DNA of 64,000 nucleotides from positions 768,001 to 832,000 of the forward strand of contig CAWDVE010000010.1 in NCBI GenBank assembly GCA_963805625.1. Reading direction: 5' to 3'. The stretch is from an uncultured Candidatus Rokubacteria bacterium (GTDB lineage Bacteria; Methylomirabilota; Methylomirabilia; Rokubacteriales; DASRDR01). Below, piece by piece: positions 56,601 through 64,000 of the stretch. A program made the position numbers and the translations under genes. The notes below the pieces were generated by a model. It was not told the origin of the DNA and did no database searches. It worked only from the letters and a program-made list of their open reading frames with translations. Numbering within the stretch: position 1 is the first letter of the stretch; the number at the start of each line of letters is the position of its first letter.

Positions 56601-56891
56601 GGCAGCCAAGCGTACGCCTGGCGGCTGGCCGGAGAGATTGCCACGCTGCGCGAGCCGCCTGACGTGGAGGCAGCGGTCACCGCCTACCGCGACGCGCTCC
56701 GCTTGGGGGCCGAACTCGGAATGCGGCCGCTCGTGGCGCGGTCTCACCTGGGGCTCGCCGCCACACATCGGCGCATCGGCGCGCAGGCCGAAGCTCGGGC
56801 CGAGCTGGACGCGGCCGCCGAGGCCCTCCGCAGGCTCGGGATGACGCACTGGATCGGCCGAGTGGAGGCGCTCGGGGTCGCGCCGGGCTAG
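53697..56891 (+). CDS. Double zinc ribbon / class III cyclase / AAA (STAND) / TPR protein
   Basis: Four CxxC pairs, GERKQVTVLFAD, GDG.MALFG, GDAGVGKS, LEDLHW, GNPFF and TPR-like helices. Confidence 0.92.
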   Translation: MRCPQCEHDNPPGARFCNACGAGLAGACHACGQVNAPGSRFCSACGQALGPPEPGGPPTRFDSPGAYTPPHLAQRILASRQALEGERKQVTVLFADMKGSMELLADRDPEDARRLFDAVLKRMMEAVHRYEGTVNQVLGDGIMALFGAPLAHENHAVRACYAALRMQEDIGRYGDEMQRALGVPIQIRVGLNSGEVVVGSIGSDLRMEYSAVGQTTHLAARMEQMAKPASVLLTADTLRLAEGYVQARALGPVPVRGLADPVEVFELVGATAARTRLQVAAVRGLTRLVGRQAELGLLRQALDRARDGRGQVVALVGDAGVGKSRVAWEITRSHRTRDWLVLEGSAASHSKATSWLPVIDLLRAYYRIDDGDEARTVREKLIGRLLALDEALRPTLTAFEALLEIPVEGVEWGRLDATTRQRRTVEAVKSVLLRESQMQPLLLVLEDLHWIDSATQALLDSLVESLPAARVLLLVNYRPEYRHGWGGKTYYSQLRLDPLPAETAEGMLDTLMGGDAELAPLKSLLIDRTQGNPFFLEETVRSLVESHALTGAPGDYRLATALPAIQIPATVQAVLAARIDRLPAEDKRLLQLASVVGKDVSLPLLRAIADMPEQGLQDCLSHLQTAEFLYEKRLFPDPEYTFRHALTLEVAYGSLLHERRRELHARIVDTIERLYLERLTEHGARLAHHAFRAEAWAKALAYLKQQSETAASRSSLDAVLGSNAGVGSAESAGALWWSGEHARAIEVGQRDLAVAANFRNFGMNIVATCRLGQTHHALGDYGRAADFLRRALASLQGDLEREQFGMAGLPSVFARAWLGWCLAELGDFPEGIARGEEGVAIAEAADHAYSQIVAAWGLGTLFVVRGDPERAIPVLERGLVVARMADIPLLFPFVAAPLGAAYALAGRVDDALPLLEQGVRQAVSMNLQANHALRLTWVGEALLLAGQIERAGEQAAQALALAEHQGERGSQAYAWRLAGEIATLREPPDVEAAVTAYRDALRLGAELGMRPLVARSHLGLAATHRRIGAQAEARAELDAAAEALRRLGMTHWIGRVEALGVAPG

Positions 56892-56903
56892 GAGCGGGAG
56901 ACC

Positions 56904-57560
56904 ATGCGGAGGGTGGGACGCCGGACCCGGCAACCGCGGCTTCCGGCAGGGACGGGCCGAGTGCTCCCCCGCCGATTCTACGAACGGCCGGCCCCTCGGG
57001 TGGCCCGAGAGCTCCTTGGCTGCATCCTGGTCTCCCGCGTCGGGGCCGCGCTCACGGCCGGACGGATCGTCGAGACCGAGGCGTATCTCGGACCGGAGGA
57101 TGGCGCCTCACACGCCGCGTTTCGGCCGTCCTCCCGGTGGCTCTTCTATGGGCCTGGAGGCCTCGCCTACGTCTTCCAGGCCTACGGCCTCCACGCCTGC
57201 CTGAACGCCATCGCGGGAGCGGCGGGGACGCCTGGCTGTGTGCTGATCCGTGCGCTCGAGCCTCTCGCGGGGACGAGGTCGATGGCGCGCCGACGCCGGC
57301 ATCCGCTCCCGCGCCGCCCCTCCGCGCGGGCGCTCGCCGCACTGACGAGCGGGCCGGCGAGGCTCACCCAGGCGCTCGGAATCACGCTCCGCGACAGCGG
57401 CCGGGACCTCCGGCAGTCCTCTCTCCGCATCCACGCGGCGGCCCGGCCCGGACGCCTAGAGGTGGTCACGAGCCGGCGAGTCGGGATCACCCGGTCCCCA
57501 GACCTGACGCTGAGGTTCTCGCTACGAGGCAGTCCCTTCGTGTCGAGACCCCAGCCCTGA
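56904..57560 (+). CDS. mpg: DNA-3-methyladenine glycosylase (AAG/Mpg)
   Basis: GRIVETEAY, ASHA, YG.H.CLN, VLIRALEP, GPARL..ALGI and RVGI. Confidence 0.92.
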   Translation: MRRVGRRTRQPRLPAGTGRVLPRRFYERPAPRVARELLGCILVSRVGAALTAGRIVETEAYLGPEDGASHAAFRPSSRWLFYGPGGLAYVFQAYGLHACLNAIAGAAGTPGCVLIRALEPLAGTRSMARRRRHPLPRRPSARALAALTSGPARLTQALGITLRDSGRDLRQSSLRIHAAARPGRLEVVTSRRVGITRSPDLTLRFSLRGSPFVSRPQP

Positions 57561-57632
57561 GCGCGCGCCGGGAACGAGGCGCGGATCGGAGGCTTCGGGC
57601 GCGGGCCCCCCGTGCAGGTCTCTGCCGCTTAG

Positions 57633-58529
57633 CTACTTCCGATCCCCTTGATTTGACGGCAGGATAGCCGATCCGGTCTGCGAAGCCGGATTACGAGGGC
57701 CCCACCGATCGGACTCGACTGCGGTCAGGAAGTCGAGCACCGCCCGGTTGAACGCCTCCGGCTCCTCGAGGTTGATGGTGTGCCCGGCCTTGGGGATGAC
57801 GACCAGCCCAGAGGTCCGGATCTTCCGCTTCAGGAAGATGCCAGGCTCGAGGCACGGCTCGTCCTCGTCCCCGGTGACGATGAGGGTGGGCACCGTGAGC
57901 CGCTCGAGATCGGCCTCGAGCTCGTAGACCGACGGCCGCTCCAGCTGGACACCGCGCATGGTGAGGCCGTGGCCGAGGGCTGACTGCGCCGCAAACTGGT
58001 CGTGGAACTCCTGCCAGCCTTTCGGGTCCTTGTCCCGGAACTGCACCCGCGTGGGCCCCTGGCAGTAGACGTCGGCGAGCACCGCCATGGGCTCGCTGAG
58101 AAACCGCTGGGCCGTGGCCGCAACGTCGCGCTTGAACTGGGCACGGTCGGTGGCCACGCTCCCGTACCCGCAGCCCGCCACGACCAGTGACCGTGCTCGG
58201 TCGGGATAACGGATCCCGAAGTGGAGCGTCGCGTAGCCGCCCATGGAGAGCCCGCAGATATGGGCTCGGTCGATCCCGAGCGCGTCGAGGAATCCCCGGA
58301 TGTCCTCCACGGCCTGGTCCTGGGAGTAAGCGCTGCTGGCCGCCGGCACGTCGGAGGGCGGGTAGCCGCGGGCGTTGAAGGCGATCGTCCGGTAGCGACG
58401 GGCGAAGAAGCGCACCTGGAGGTGCCAGCTCTGGGCCTCGCCCGCGAATTCGTGAACGAACACGAGCGGGGTGCCTTGGCCGGCCTCCTCATAGTAGAGG
58501 CGGATACCGTTGACGGGAACTCGGGGCAT
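57633..58529 (-). CDS. Alpha/beta hydrolase
   Basis: GLSMGG nucleophile motif, GDEDE and AGH. Confidence 0.9.
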   Translation of the reverse strand: MPRVPVNGIRLYYEEAGQGTPLVFVHEFAGEAQSWHLQVRFFARRYRTIAFNARGYPPSDVPAASSAYSQDQAVEDIRGFLDALGIDRAHICGLSMGGYATLHFGIRYPDRARSLVVAGCGYGSVATDRAQFKRDVAATAQRFLSEPMAVLADVYCQGPTRVQFRDKDPKGWQEFHDQFAAQSALGHGLTMRGVQLERPSVYELEADLERLTVPTLIVTGDEDEPCLEPGIFLKRKIRTSGLVVIPKAGHTINLEEPEAFNRAVLDFLTAVESDRWGPRNPASQTGSAILPSNQGDRK

Positions 58530-58557
58530 GATGGCTCTCCGGTAGCCGCGCGCGGCG

Positions 58558-58824
58558 TCACCCGAGCGCGACGGGCAAGGATCGCATTCCGCGGAAGACG
58601 AGCGAGTCGAGCCACTCCGGCGAGTCGGCGCGCGGGGCCAGCCCCGGGAACCGGGACAAGAGGGCCGGCAGGGCGACCTGCCCCTCGAGCCGTGCCAGGG
58701 GGGCGCCGAGACAGAAGTGGATCCCGTGGCCGAACGCGAGATGGCGATTGTCCACGCGTCGGAAATCGAGACGGTCCGGCTCCGGGAACTGGCGCGGGTC
58801 GCGATTGGCTGCGTACGCGATCAA
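58558..58824 (-). pseudogene. Cytochrome P450 C-terminal fragment (88 aa)
   Basis: AANRDP..F..PD.LD, HLAFGHGIHFCLGAPLARLE and FRG..SLPV. The N-terminal ~300 aa are missing. Confidence 0.85.
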
Positions 58825-61247
58825 CTTCGGACCCGGTCGCCGCGAGGGTCCCAGAGGGGCTCGGCGGCCACCAGCCCCTCGACCCATTCTCCGAAGAACT
58901 CGACGGCGACCGACGTCCCCGGGCTCGCGAGCTCCACCGGGAGGTACGCGTAGGCGATCGACAGGCCCACCGTGTAGCCGAAGCCGCCGCTCGTGACGCG
59001 CCCCACCACGCGGCCCGCCACGCGCACGGGCTCGCCCCCGAGCGCGACCCAGGCGGGGTCGGAGAGGGTCAGGCACGTGAGCTTCCGGCGTGCGCCCTCG
59101 GCGCGCTGGCGGACCAGCGCCTCGCGGCCGAGGAAGTCGCCCTTCCCGAGCTTGACCGCGAACCCGAGCCCGGCCTCGTACGGCGTGTCGTCCGGGGTGA
59201 TGTCGGCGCTCCAGTACCGGTACCCCTTCTCGAGCCGGAGGGAGTCGATGGCGCGGTAGCCGGCCGCGGCCAGGCCGTGAGGCTGGCCCGCCTCCCACAG
59301 CGTGTCCCACAGCTCGAGGCCGTACTCCATGGGCGCGTAGATCTCCCAGCCGAGCTCGCCCACGTACGTCACCCGCACCGCGAGGGCGGGAACACGCCCG
59401 ACCGCCAGCTCCCGCGCCGTGAGGTACGGGAAGCCGGCGTTCGAGACGTCGGCCGTCGTGGTCGCCGCGAGGATGTCGCGAGCGCGGGGCCCCCAGAGAC
59501 CGATGCAGCATGACCCTCCGGTGACGTCGAGGAGCGAGACCGACCCGTCCTCCGGCAGGTACCGCTGGATGAAGCCGCGGTCGTGCGTGCCGAACGCCGT
59601 GCCGGTGACGATTCGGAACCGGGTGGGCCCGAGCCGCGTCACCGTGAAGTCACACTCGATGCCGCCCCGCCCGTTGAGCATGGACGTGTAGACGACCGAG
59701 CCCACCGGCTTGTCGACGTCGTTGCCGCAGAGCCGCTGGAGAAGGCCGAGCGCGCCCGGGCCCACCACCTCGAGCTTCGAGAAGGACGTCTCGTCGAAGA
59801 GCCCCGCTCGCTCGCGCGTCGCCAGATGCTCGGCCTCGATCGCGGGTGACCAGATCCGCCCCGCAAACCCGCGTGGGCGCCGCCCCTCGTCACCCGCCAC
59901 CGCGTTCGGCTCGAACCAGTTGGGCCGCTCCCAGCCCGACTTCTCGCCGAACGCGGCCCCGAGTTCGCGGAGCCGCGGGTACGCCGGCGACAGGCGGAGC
60001 CGCCGCCCTTCCTCGCGCTCCTGGTTCGGGTAGCGGAGGTCGTAGTACGTGCGGTACACCTCGTGGGTCCGCTCGAGGGTGAGCCGGCGGGACCGGTACT
60101 GAACGCCGAACCGGCGGAGGTCCATGTGCCAGACGTCGAGCCCGGGATCGCCCTCGACGATCCAGTCGGCCATGATCCGTCCCATGCCGCCGGCGCCAGC
60201 GATGCCGTGGGCGCAGAAGCCGCACGCGACGAAGAAGCCCCGGACCTCCGGCGACTCGCCGAGGATGAACTCGCCGTCCGGCGTGAAGGCCTCGGGGCCG
60301 TTGATCAGCCGGACGATCTCCGCGCTCCCGATCGCCGGCACCCGATGCACCGCACCCTCCATCAGGGGGGCGAAGCGCTCCCAGTCCGGCGGCAGGAGCC
60401 GGTGGTTGAAGTCGGCCGGGATGCCGTCGAACCCCCACGGCGCCGGCTCGCGCTCGTACCCGCCGGCCACCAGCCCCCCGACCTCCTCCCGGAAGTAGAC
60501 GAGATGGTCCGGATCCCGGAGCATCGGGATGGCGGGATGCACCCCCTCGATGGGCTTCGTGACGAGATACTGGTGGGCCATGGGCACGAGTGGGATCGTC
60601 ACGCCCACCATCCGCCCGATCTCCGGCGCGTACATCCCGCCCGCGTTCACGACCACCTCGGTGCGGATGGTCCCCGCCGTAGTCTCGACCTCGCGGACTC
60701 GGCCGTCTCGCACGCCGATGCCAACGACGCGGGTGCCGGTGCGGATCGCCGCTCCGCGCTGCCGCGCGCCCTCCGCCAGCGCCATGGCGAGGCCACTCGG
60801 GTCGAGGTGCCCGTCGGTCGGGAGGTAGACGGCGCCGAGGACGCCGTCGAGCCCCATGACCGGAAAGAGCCGCTGGGCCTCGGCCGGCCCGATCTCCTCC
60901 AGGGGGAGCCCGAAGGTCTTGGCCCACCCGGCCTGGCGGCGGTGCTCGAGACCACGCTCGGCGGTGCACGCGAGCCGAAGGCTGCCGGTCTCCTTCCAGC
61001 CCGGGTCGCGTCCGGTCTCGGCGGCGAGCCGCCGGTAGCACTCGACGCTCCACATCATCAGCCGCGTGAGCGCGACCGAGGAGCGAAGCTGTCCCACCAG
61101 CCCCGCCGAGTGGAACGTCGACCCGCTGGTCAGCTCGGCCCGCTCGACCACCACCACGTCGCGCCACCCCTTCGCCGTGAGATGGTACGCGACGCTCGTG
61201 CCGCCCACGCCGCCTCCGACGATGACTGCCCGCGCGTGCTCGGTCAC
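58821..61247 (-). CDS. FAD-dependent GcvT-family oxidoreductase (dimethylglycine/sarcosine dehydrogenase-like)
   Basis: IVGGGVGG, GSTFHSAG, NGPEAFTPDG, GWERPNWF, YVGELGWE and SLRLEKGY. Confidence 0.93.
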   Translation of the reverse strand: MTEHARAVIVGGGVGGTSVAYHLTAKGWRDVVVVERAELTSGSTFHSAGLVGQLRSSVALTRLMMWSVECYRRLAAETGRDPGWKETGSLRLACTAERGLEHRRQAGWAKTFGLPLEEIGPAEAQRLFPVMGLDGVLGAVYLPTDGHLDPSGLAMALAEGARQRGAAIRTGTRVVGIGVRDGRVREVETTAGTIRTEVVVNAGGMYAPEIGRMVGVTIPLVPMAHQYLVTKPIEGVHPAIPMLRDPDHLVYFREEVGGLVAGGYEREPAPWGFDGIPADFNHRLLPPDWERFAPLMEGAVHRVPAIGSAEIVRLINGPEAFTPDGEFILGESPEVRGFFVACGFCAHGIAGAGGMGRIMADWIVEGDPGLDVWHMDLRRFGVQYRSRRLTLERTHEVYRTYYDLRYPNQEREEGRRLRLSPAYPRLRELGAAFGEKSGWERPNWFEPNAVAGDEGRRPRGFAGRIWSPAIEAEHLATRERAGLFDETSFSKLEVVGPGALGLLQRLCGNDVDKPVGSVVYTSMLNGRGGIECDFTVTRLGPTRFRIVTGTAFGTHDRGFIQRYLPEDGSVSLLDVTGGSCCIGLWGPRARDILAATTTADVSNAGFPYLTARELAVGRVPALAVRVTYVGELGWEIYAPMEYGLELWDTLWEAGQPHGLAAAGYRAIDSLRLEKGYRYWSADITPDDTPYEAGLGFAVKLGKGDFLGREALVRQRAEGARRKLTCLTLSDPAWVALGGEPVRVAGRVVGRVTSGGFGYTVGLSIAYAYLPVELASPGTSVAVEFFGEWVEGLVAAEPLWDPRGDRVRS

Positions 61248-61255
61248 GGCGCCAG

Positions 61256-61264
61256 ATTGTAACA
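61256..61264 (-). promoter_or_regulatory. Extended -10 element (leaderless-type) of the GcvT-family gene
   Basis: TGtTACAAT ends 8 nt before the GTG at 61247, with no SD. Confidence 0.5.
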
Positions 61265-61368
61265 GGGCGACGGGGCCTTGACACGGCCCACGCCGACCTG
61301 TGAACTTGAAGGTAACGACCGACCCCCGATCCTTCACGATCACACGCTGCTCGCGCGAGGAGCCTGCC

Positions 61369-62910
61369 ATGAAGCGCGTTAGTGCCTCCCCCGAGAACTT
61401 GTCCAACGTGGCCCGACGCCAGGTCCTGATCGGCGCGGGCGCCGCCCTCGCCGCCGCCACCGCCTGGCCCGGCCCGGCGGCCGCCCAGGCTCGAAAGGGT
61501 GAGATCATCGCCGGCCTCTCCGAGCGCATGCTCACGCTCGACCCGGCGAACCACTACTCGATCTCCGCAACCTCGGTCCTCCGCCACATCTATGATCCAC
61601 TGGTCGAGGTGACGAACGACTCGAAGTTCGTCTCCTGCCTCGCGGAGTCGTGGACGCCCGTGAACAACACGACGTGGCGATTCAACCTGCGGAAGGGTGT
61701 CAAGTTCCACGACGGCACGCCGTTCACCGCGGACAGCGTCATCTACTCGCTCAAGCGCGTCCGTGACAACACGAAGCTGATCAAGGCGTTCGTGTACCAG
61801 GACATCGAAGACGTCCGGAAGGACGGCGACTTCACCGTCATCGTGTCGACCAAGAAGCCCTTCGGCTCGCTGCCCGCTCACCTCACGATGCTGGGGATCC
61901 TCCCGCACACGGCTGCCGCGAACGAGGACGCCTTCTTCCAGAAGCCGGTGGGAACCGGTCCGTTCAAGTTCGGAGGCTGGACACACGGCGAGCAAATCGT
62001 CCTCACCGCCAACGCCGATTACTGGAAGCCCGGAATTCCCAAGGTCGAGAAGGTGACGTTCCGATTCATCCCGGAGCTCTCGACCCGCGTCGCCGCCATG
62101 CGGGCCGGCGAGCTTCACGTCATCGACCGCGTATGGCCGGACAACGTGCAGACGCTCCGCTCGACTCCCGGCGTCCGGGTCCTCGACACGCCCGCCATCG
62201 AGGCGCAGCGGTGGATCTTCCAGCTCGCCAGGGACCCGGTCAAGGATCCCCGCGTCCGGCGGGCGATCTCGCTGGCCATCGACCGGAACGTCATCATCAA
62301 GGACCTCTTGCTCGGGTATGCGCGCCCGGTGGACAGCCCCATTCCCCCGGGGCTCATCGGTCACACGAGCCTCGCCCCGAAGGCCTACGACCCCGAGAAG
62401 GCCCGCCAGATCCTGAAGGAGGCGGGGTACAAGAACCTCTCGATCGATTTCGTCCTGATGAAGGACCTCTATCCCAAGCAGCTCGAGATCGTCCAGGCGG
62501 TGGCCGCCATGCTCGGGGACGTCGGGATCACCGTGAACATCAAGAACCTTGAGATCGCCACGGCTCGCGAAGCGAGGTCCGCGGGGAACTACGACATGTT
62601 CTTCTCGGGCTGGGCGCACATGCCGCACGACCCCGACTGGTACCTCGGTCAGTGGTTCACCAAGATGGGGGCCGAGAAGCTCACGCGGTACGACAACCCG
62701 AAGGTGGAGCAGCTCATCGCCGAGGGCCGCATGCCGGATCCCAAGATCCGCCAGCAGAAGTACGAGGAGATCGAGAAGGCCCTCTGGGAAGACGAGCCGG
62801 AAATCTGGCCGTACTACAGCGTCGCGATCTACGCGGTGAGCGACAAGCTCCAGAACTACCAGGCGCGCCGCGACTACTACGTCCTGCTCTACGACGTCAG
62901 CATCCGGTAG
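61369..62910 (+). CDS. Family 5 ABC substrate-binding protein (Tat signal)
   Basis: ARRQVL signal, LDP, LRKGVKFHDGTPFTA, GTGPF and VRRAISLAIDR, with SD GAGGAG. Confidence 0.92.
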   Translation: MKRVSASPENLSNVARRQVLIGAGAALAAATAWPGPAAAQARKGEIIAGLSERMLTLDPANHYSISATSVLRHIYDPLVEVTNDSKFVSCLAESWTPVNNTTWRFNLRKGVKFHDGTPFTADSVIYSLKRVRDNTKLIKAFVYQDIEDVRKDGDFTVIVSTKKPFGSLPAHLTMLGILPHTAAANEDAFFQKPVGTGPFKFGGWTHGEQIVLTANADYWKPGIPKVEKVTFRFIPELSTRVAAMRAGELHVIDRVWPDNVQTLRSTPGVRVLDTPAIEAQRWIFQLARDPVKDPRVRRAISLAIDRNVIIKDLLLGYARPVDSPIPPGLIGHTSLAPKAYDPEKARQILKEAGYKNLSIDFVLMKDLYPKQLEIVQAVAAMLGDVGITVNIKNLEIATAREARSAGNYDMFFSGWAHMPHDPDWYLGQWFTKMGAEKLTRYDNPKVEQLIAEGRMPDPKIRQQKYEEIEKALWEDEPEIWPYYSVAIYAVSDKLQNYQARRDYYVLLYDVSIR

Positions 62911-62927
62911 TCCGACTCTCGCCGTGC

Positions 62928-62975
62928 CCGCCGGCCGGCCCGGCCCTCCGAGCGTATCCGGAGGCCGGCCGGCGG
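62928..62975 (+). other. GC-rich intercistronic hairpin after the SBP gene
   Basis: CCGCCGGCCGG...CCTCCG pairs with CGGAGG-CCGGCCGGCGG. Confidence 0.45.
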
Positions 62976-63027
62976 CGAGGCAGGCGGCGGGGAGCGCGCG
63001 CCAGTCCCCGCCCCTCCCCACACGCTG

Positions 63028-63948
63028 ATGCAGGCCTATCTCCTCCGGAGAACCGCGCAGTCGATCCTCACCCTCATCGGCATGTCCGTCCTGGTCTTCG
63101 TGATCCTCCGGGTGCTACCCGGCGATCCCGCGAAGATGCTCCTCCCCGAGGGCGCCCCTCAGTCGGCCGTGGACGACCTGAACCGCCACCTCGGACTCAA
63201 GGAGCCCCTCTACGTCCAGTACGGGATCTTCCTCCGGAGCGTCTTCCAGGGCGACTTCGGCCAGTCCTTCCAGTACCGCGCCCCCGCCCTGCTGGTCGTC
63301 AGGGAGCGGCTGCCTGCAACGCTCCAGTTGACCTTCTACGCCATGATGCTGACGGTGATCTCCGGGGTCACGATCGGGATCGTCGCCGCCGTCCGGCGTG
63401 GCACCCGCTACGACTACGCGGGCACGCTCCTGGCCGTGCTGGGGCAGTCGCTGCCGAACTTCTGGCTCGGCATCATGCTGGTCCTGCTGTTCGGAGTGAC
63501 GCTCCGCTGGCTGCCCACCTCGGGGTTCCAGAACTGGACCTATCTCATCCTGCCGAGCATCACGCTCGCCGCGTACCCGACCGCGCTGGTGGCCCGGCTG
63601 ACGCGCTCCAGCATGCTCGAGATCCTGAACCGCGACTACATCCGGACCGGACGAGCCAAGGGCCTGGCCGAGCGGGCCGTGGTCCTCCGCCACGCGTTGC
63701 GCAACGCCACCATCCCCGTGCTGACTGTGATCGGGCTCCAGATCGGGACGCTGCTGGGCGGCGCGGTCATCACCGAGTCCGTGTTCGCCTGGCCGGGGAT
63801 GGGGAAGCTCGTCGTCGACGCGATCTACTTCCGGGACTTCCCCGTCGTGCAGACCGTCCTCATCATCTCCGCGACGATCTTCGTCCTGATCAACCTGCTC
63901 GTCGACGCGCTCTACACGGTCGTCGACCCGCGCATCCGCTACCGCTGA
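63028..63948 (+). CDS. Peptide/nickel ABC permease (DppB-like)
   Basis: PGDP, GDFGQS, RAKGL, HALRNA, VFAWPG.G, RDFP and DPRI. Confidence 0.93.
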   Translation: MQAYLLRRTAQSILTLIGMSVLVFVILRVLPGDPAKMLLPEGAPQSAVDDLNRHLGLKEPLYVQYGIFLRSVFQGDFGQSFQYRAPALLVVRERLPATLQLTFYAMMLTVISGVTIGIVAAVRRGTRYDYAGTLLAVLGQSLPNFWLGIMLVLLFGVTLRWLPTSGFQNWTYLILPSITLAAYPTALVARLTRSSMLEILNRDYIRTGRAKGLAERAVVLRHALRNATIPVLTVIGLQIGTLLGGAVITESVFAWPGMGKLVVDAIYFRDFPVVQTVLIISATIFVLINLLVDALYTVVDPRIRYR

Positions 63949-63955
63949 GCCGCGC

Positions 63956-64000
63956 ATGCTCGCCTTCGCCCGCCGAAACCCGCTGATCCTGGTCGGGGGC
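63956..64000 (+). CDS. Start of the next ABC permease (DppC-like), truncated by the window edge
   Basis: ATG at 63956 gives MLAFARRNPLILVGG. The call rests on operon context. Confidence 0.5.
   Translation, partial: MLAFARRNPLILVGG

Noticed and set aside
59890-63021. Long antisense or alternative-frame ORFs (also 14666-16630, 23302-25542, 35006-36964, 36793-38844, 45338-47356)
   Set aside because: They are shadows of real genes caused by high GC3 and contain no recognisable motifs.

Overview
A high-GC, gene-dense bacterial chromosomal segment. The multi-GAF hybrid kinase, the zinc-ribbon/cyclase/AAA/TPR protein and the many Tat-exported ABC binding proteins resemble Candidatus Rokuibacteriota/Methylomirabilota, but this is an inference and is not proven here. 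Content in order: (1) an O-antigen ligase (partial); (2) a c-di-GMP-I (GEMM) riboswitch controlling a HExxH lipoprotein plus HEAT-repeat operon; (3) nadE; (4) an SDR with a mycofactocin-type insertion; (5) an operon with an 8-GAF hybrid histidine kinase, a response regulator and a REC-cyclase; (6) vapBC; (7) glnA with tandem sigma54 and sigma70 promoter motifs; (8) a ~12 kb coenzyme F420 cluster: LLM and PPOX oxidoreductases, cofG, cofH, HU, a GNAT-like gene, cofD, an in-frame CofC-CofE fusion, an acyltransferase, a creatininase-like gene, an Ldh_2 dehydrogenase and an Fgd-like enzyme; (9) tusA with an IscS homologue whose PLP lysine is replaced by Asp; (10) citrate synthase, aconitase and PrpF with an ABC transporter; (11) a peptide-type ABC operon with a patch of single-base insertions that is probably a sequencing artefact; (12) MetE-like, ADH and SDR genes; (13) DUF4242 plus a cyclase, Mpg, a hydrolase, a P450 remnant, a GcvT-family dehydrogenase and a final ABC operon. 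I saw no rRNA, tRNA, CRISPR array or transposase. All calls come from recognising motifs by eye; no database searches were run.
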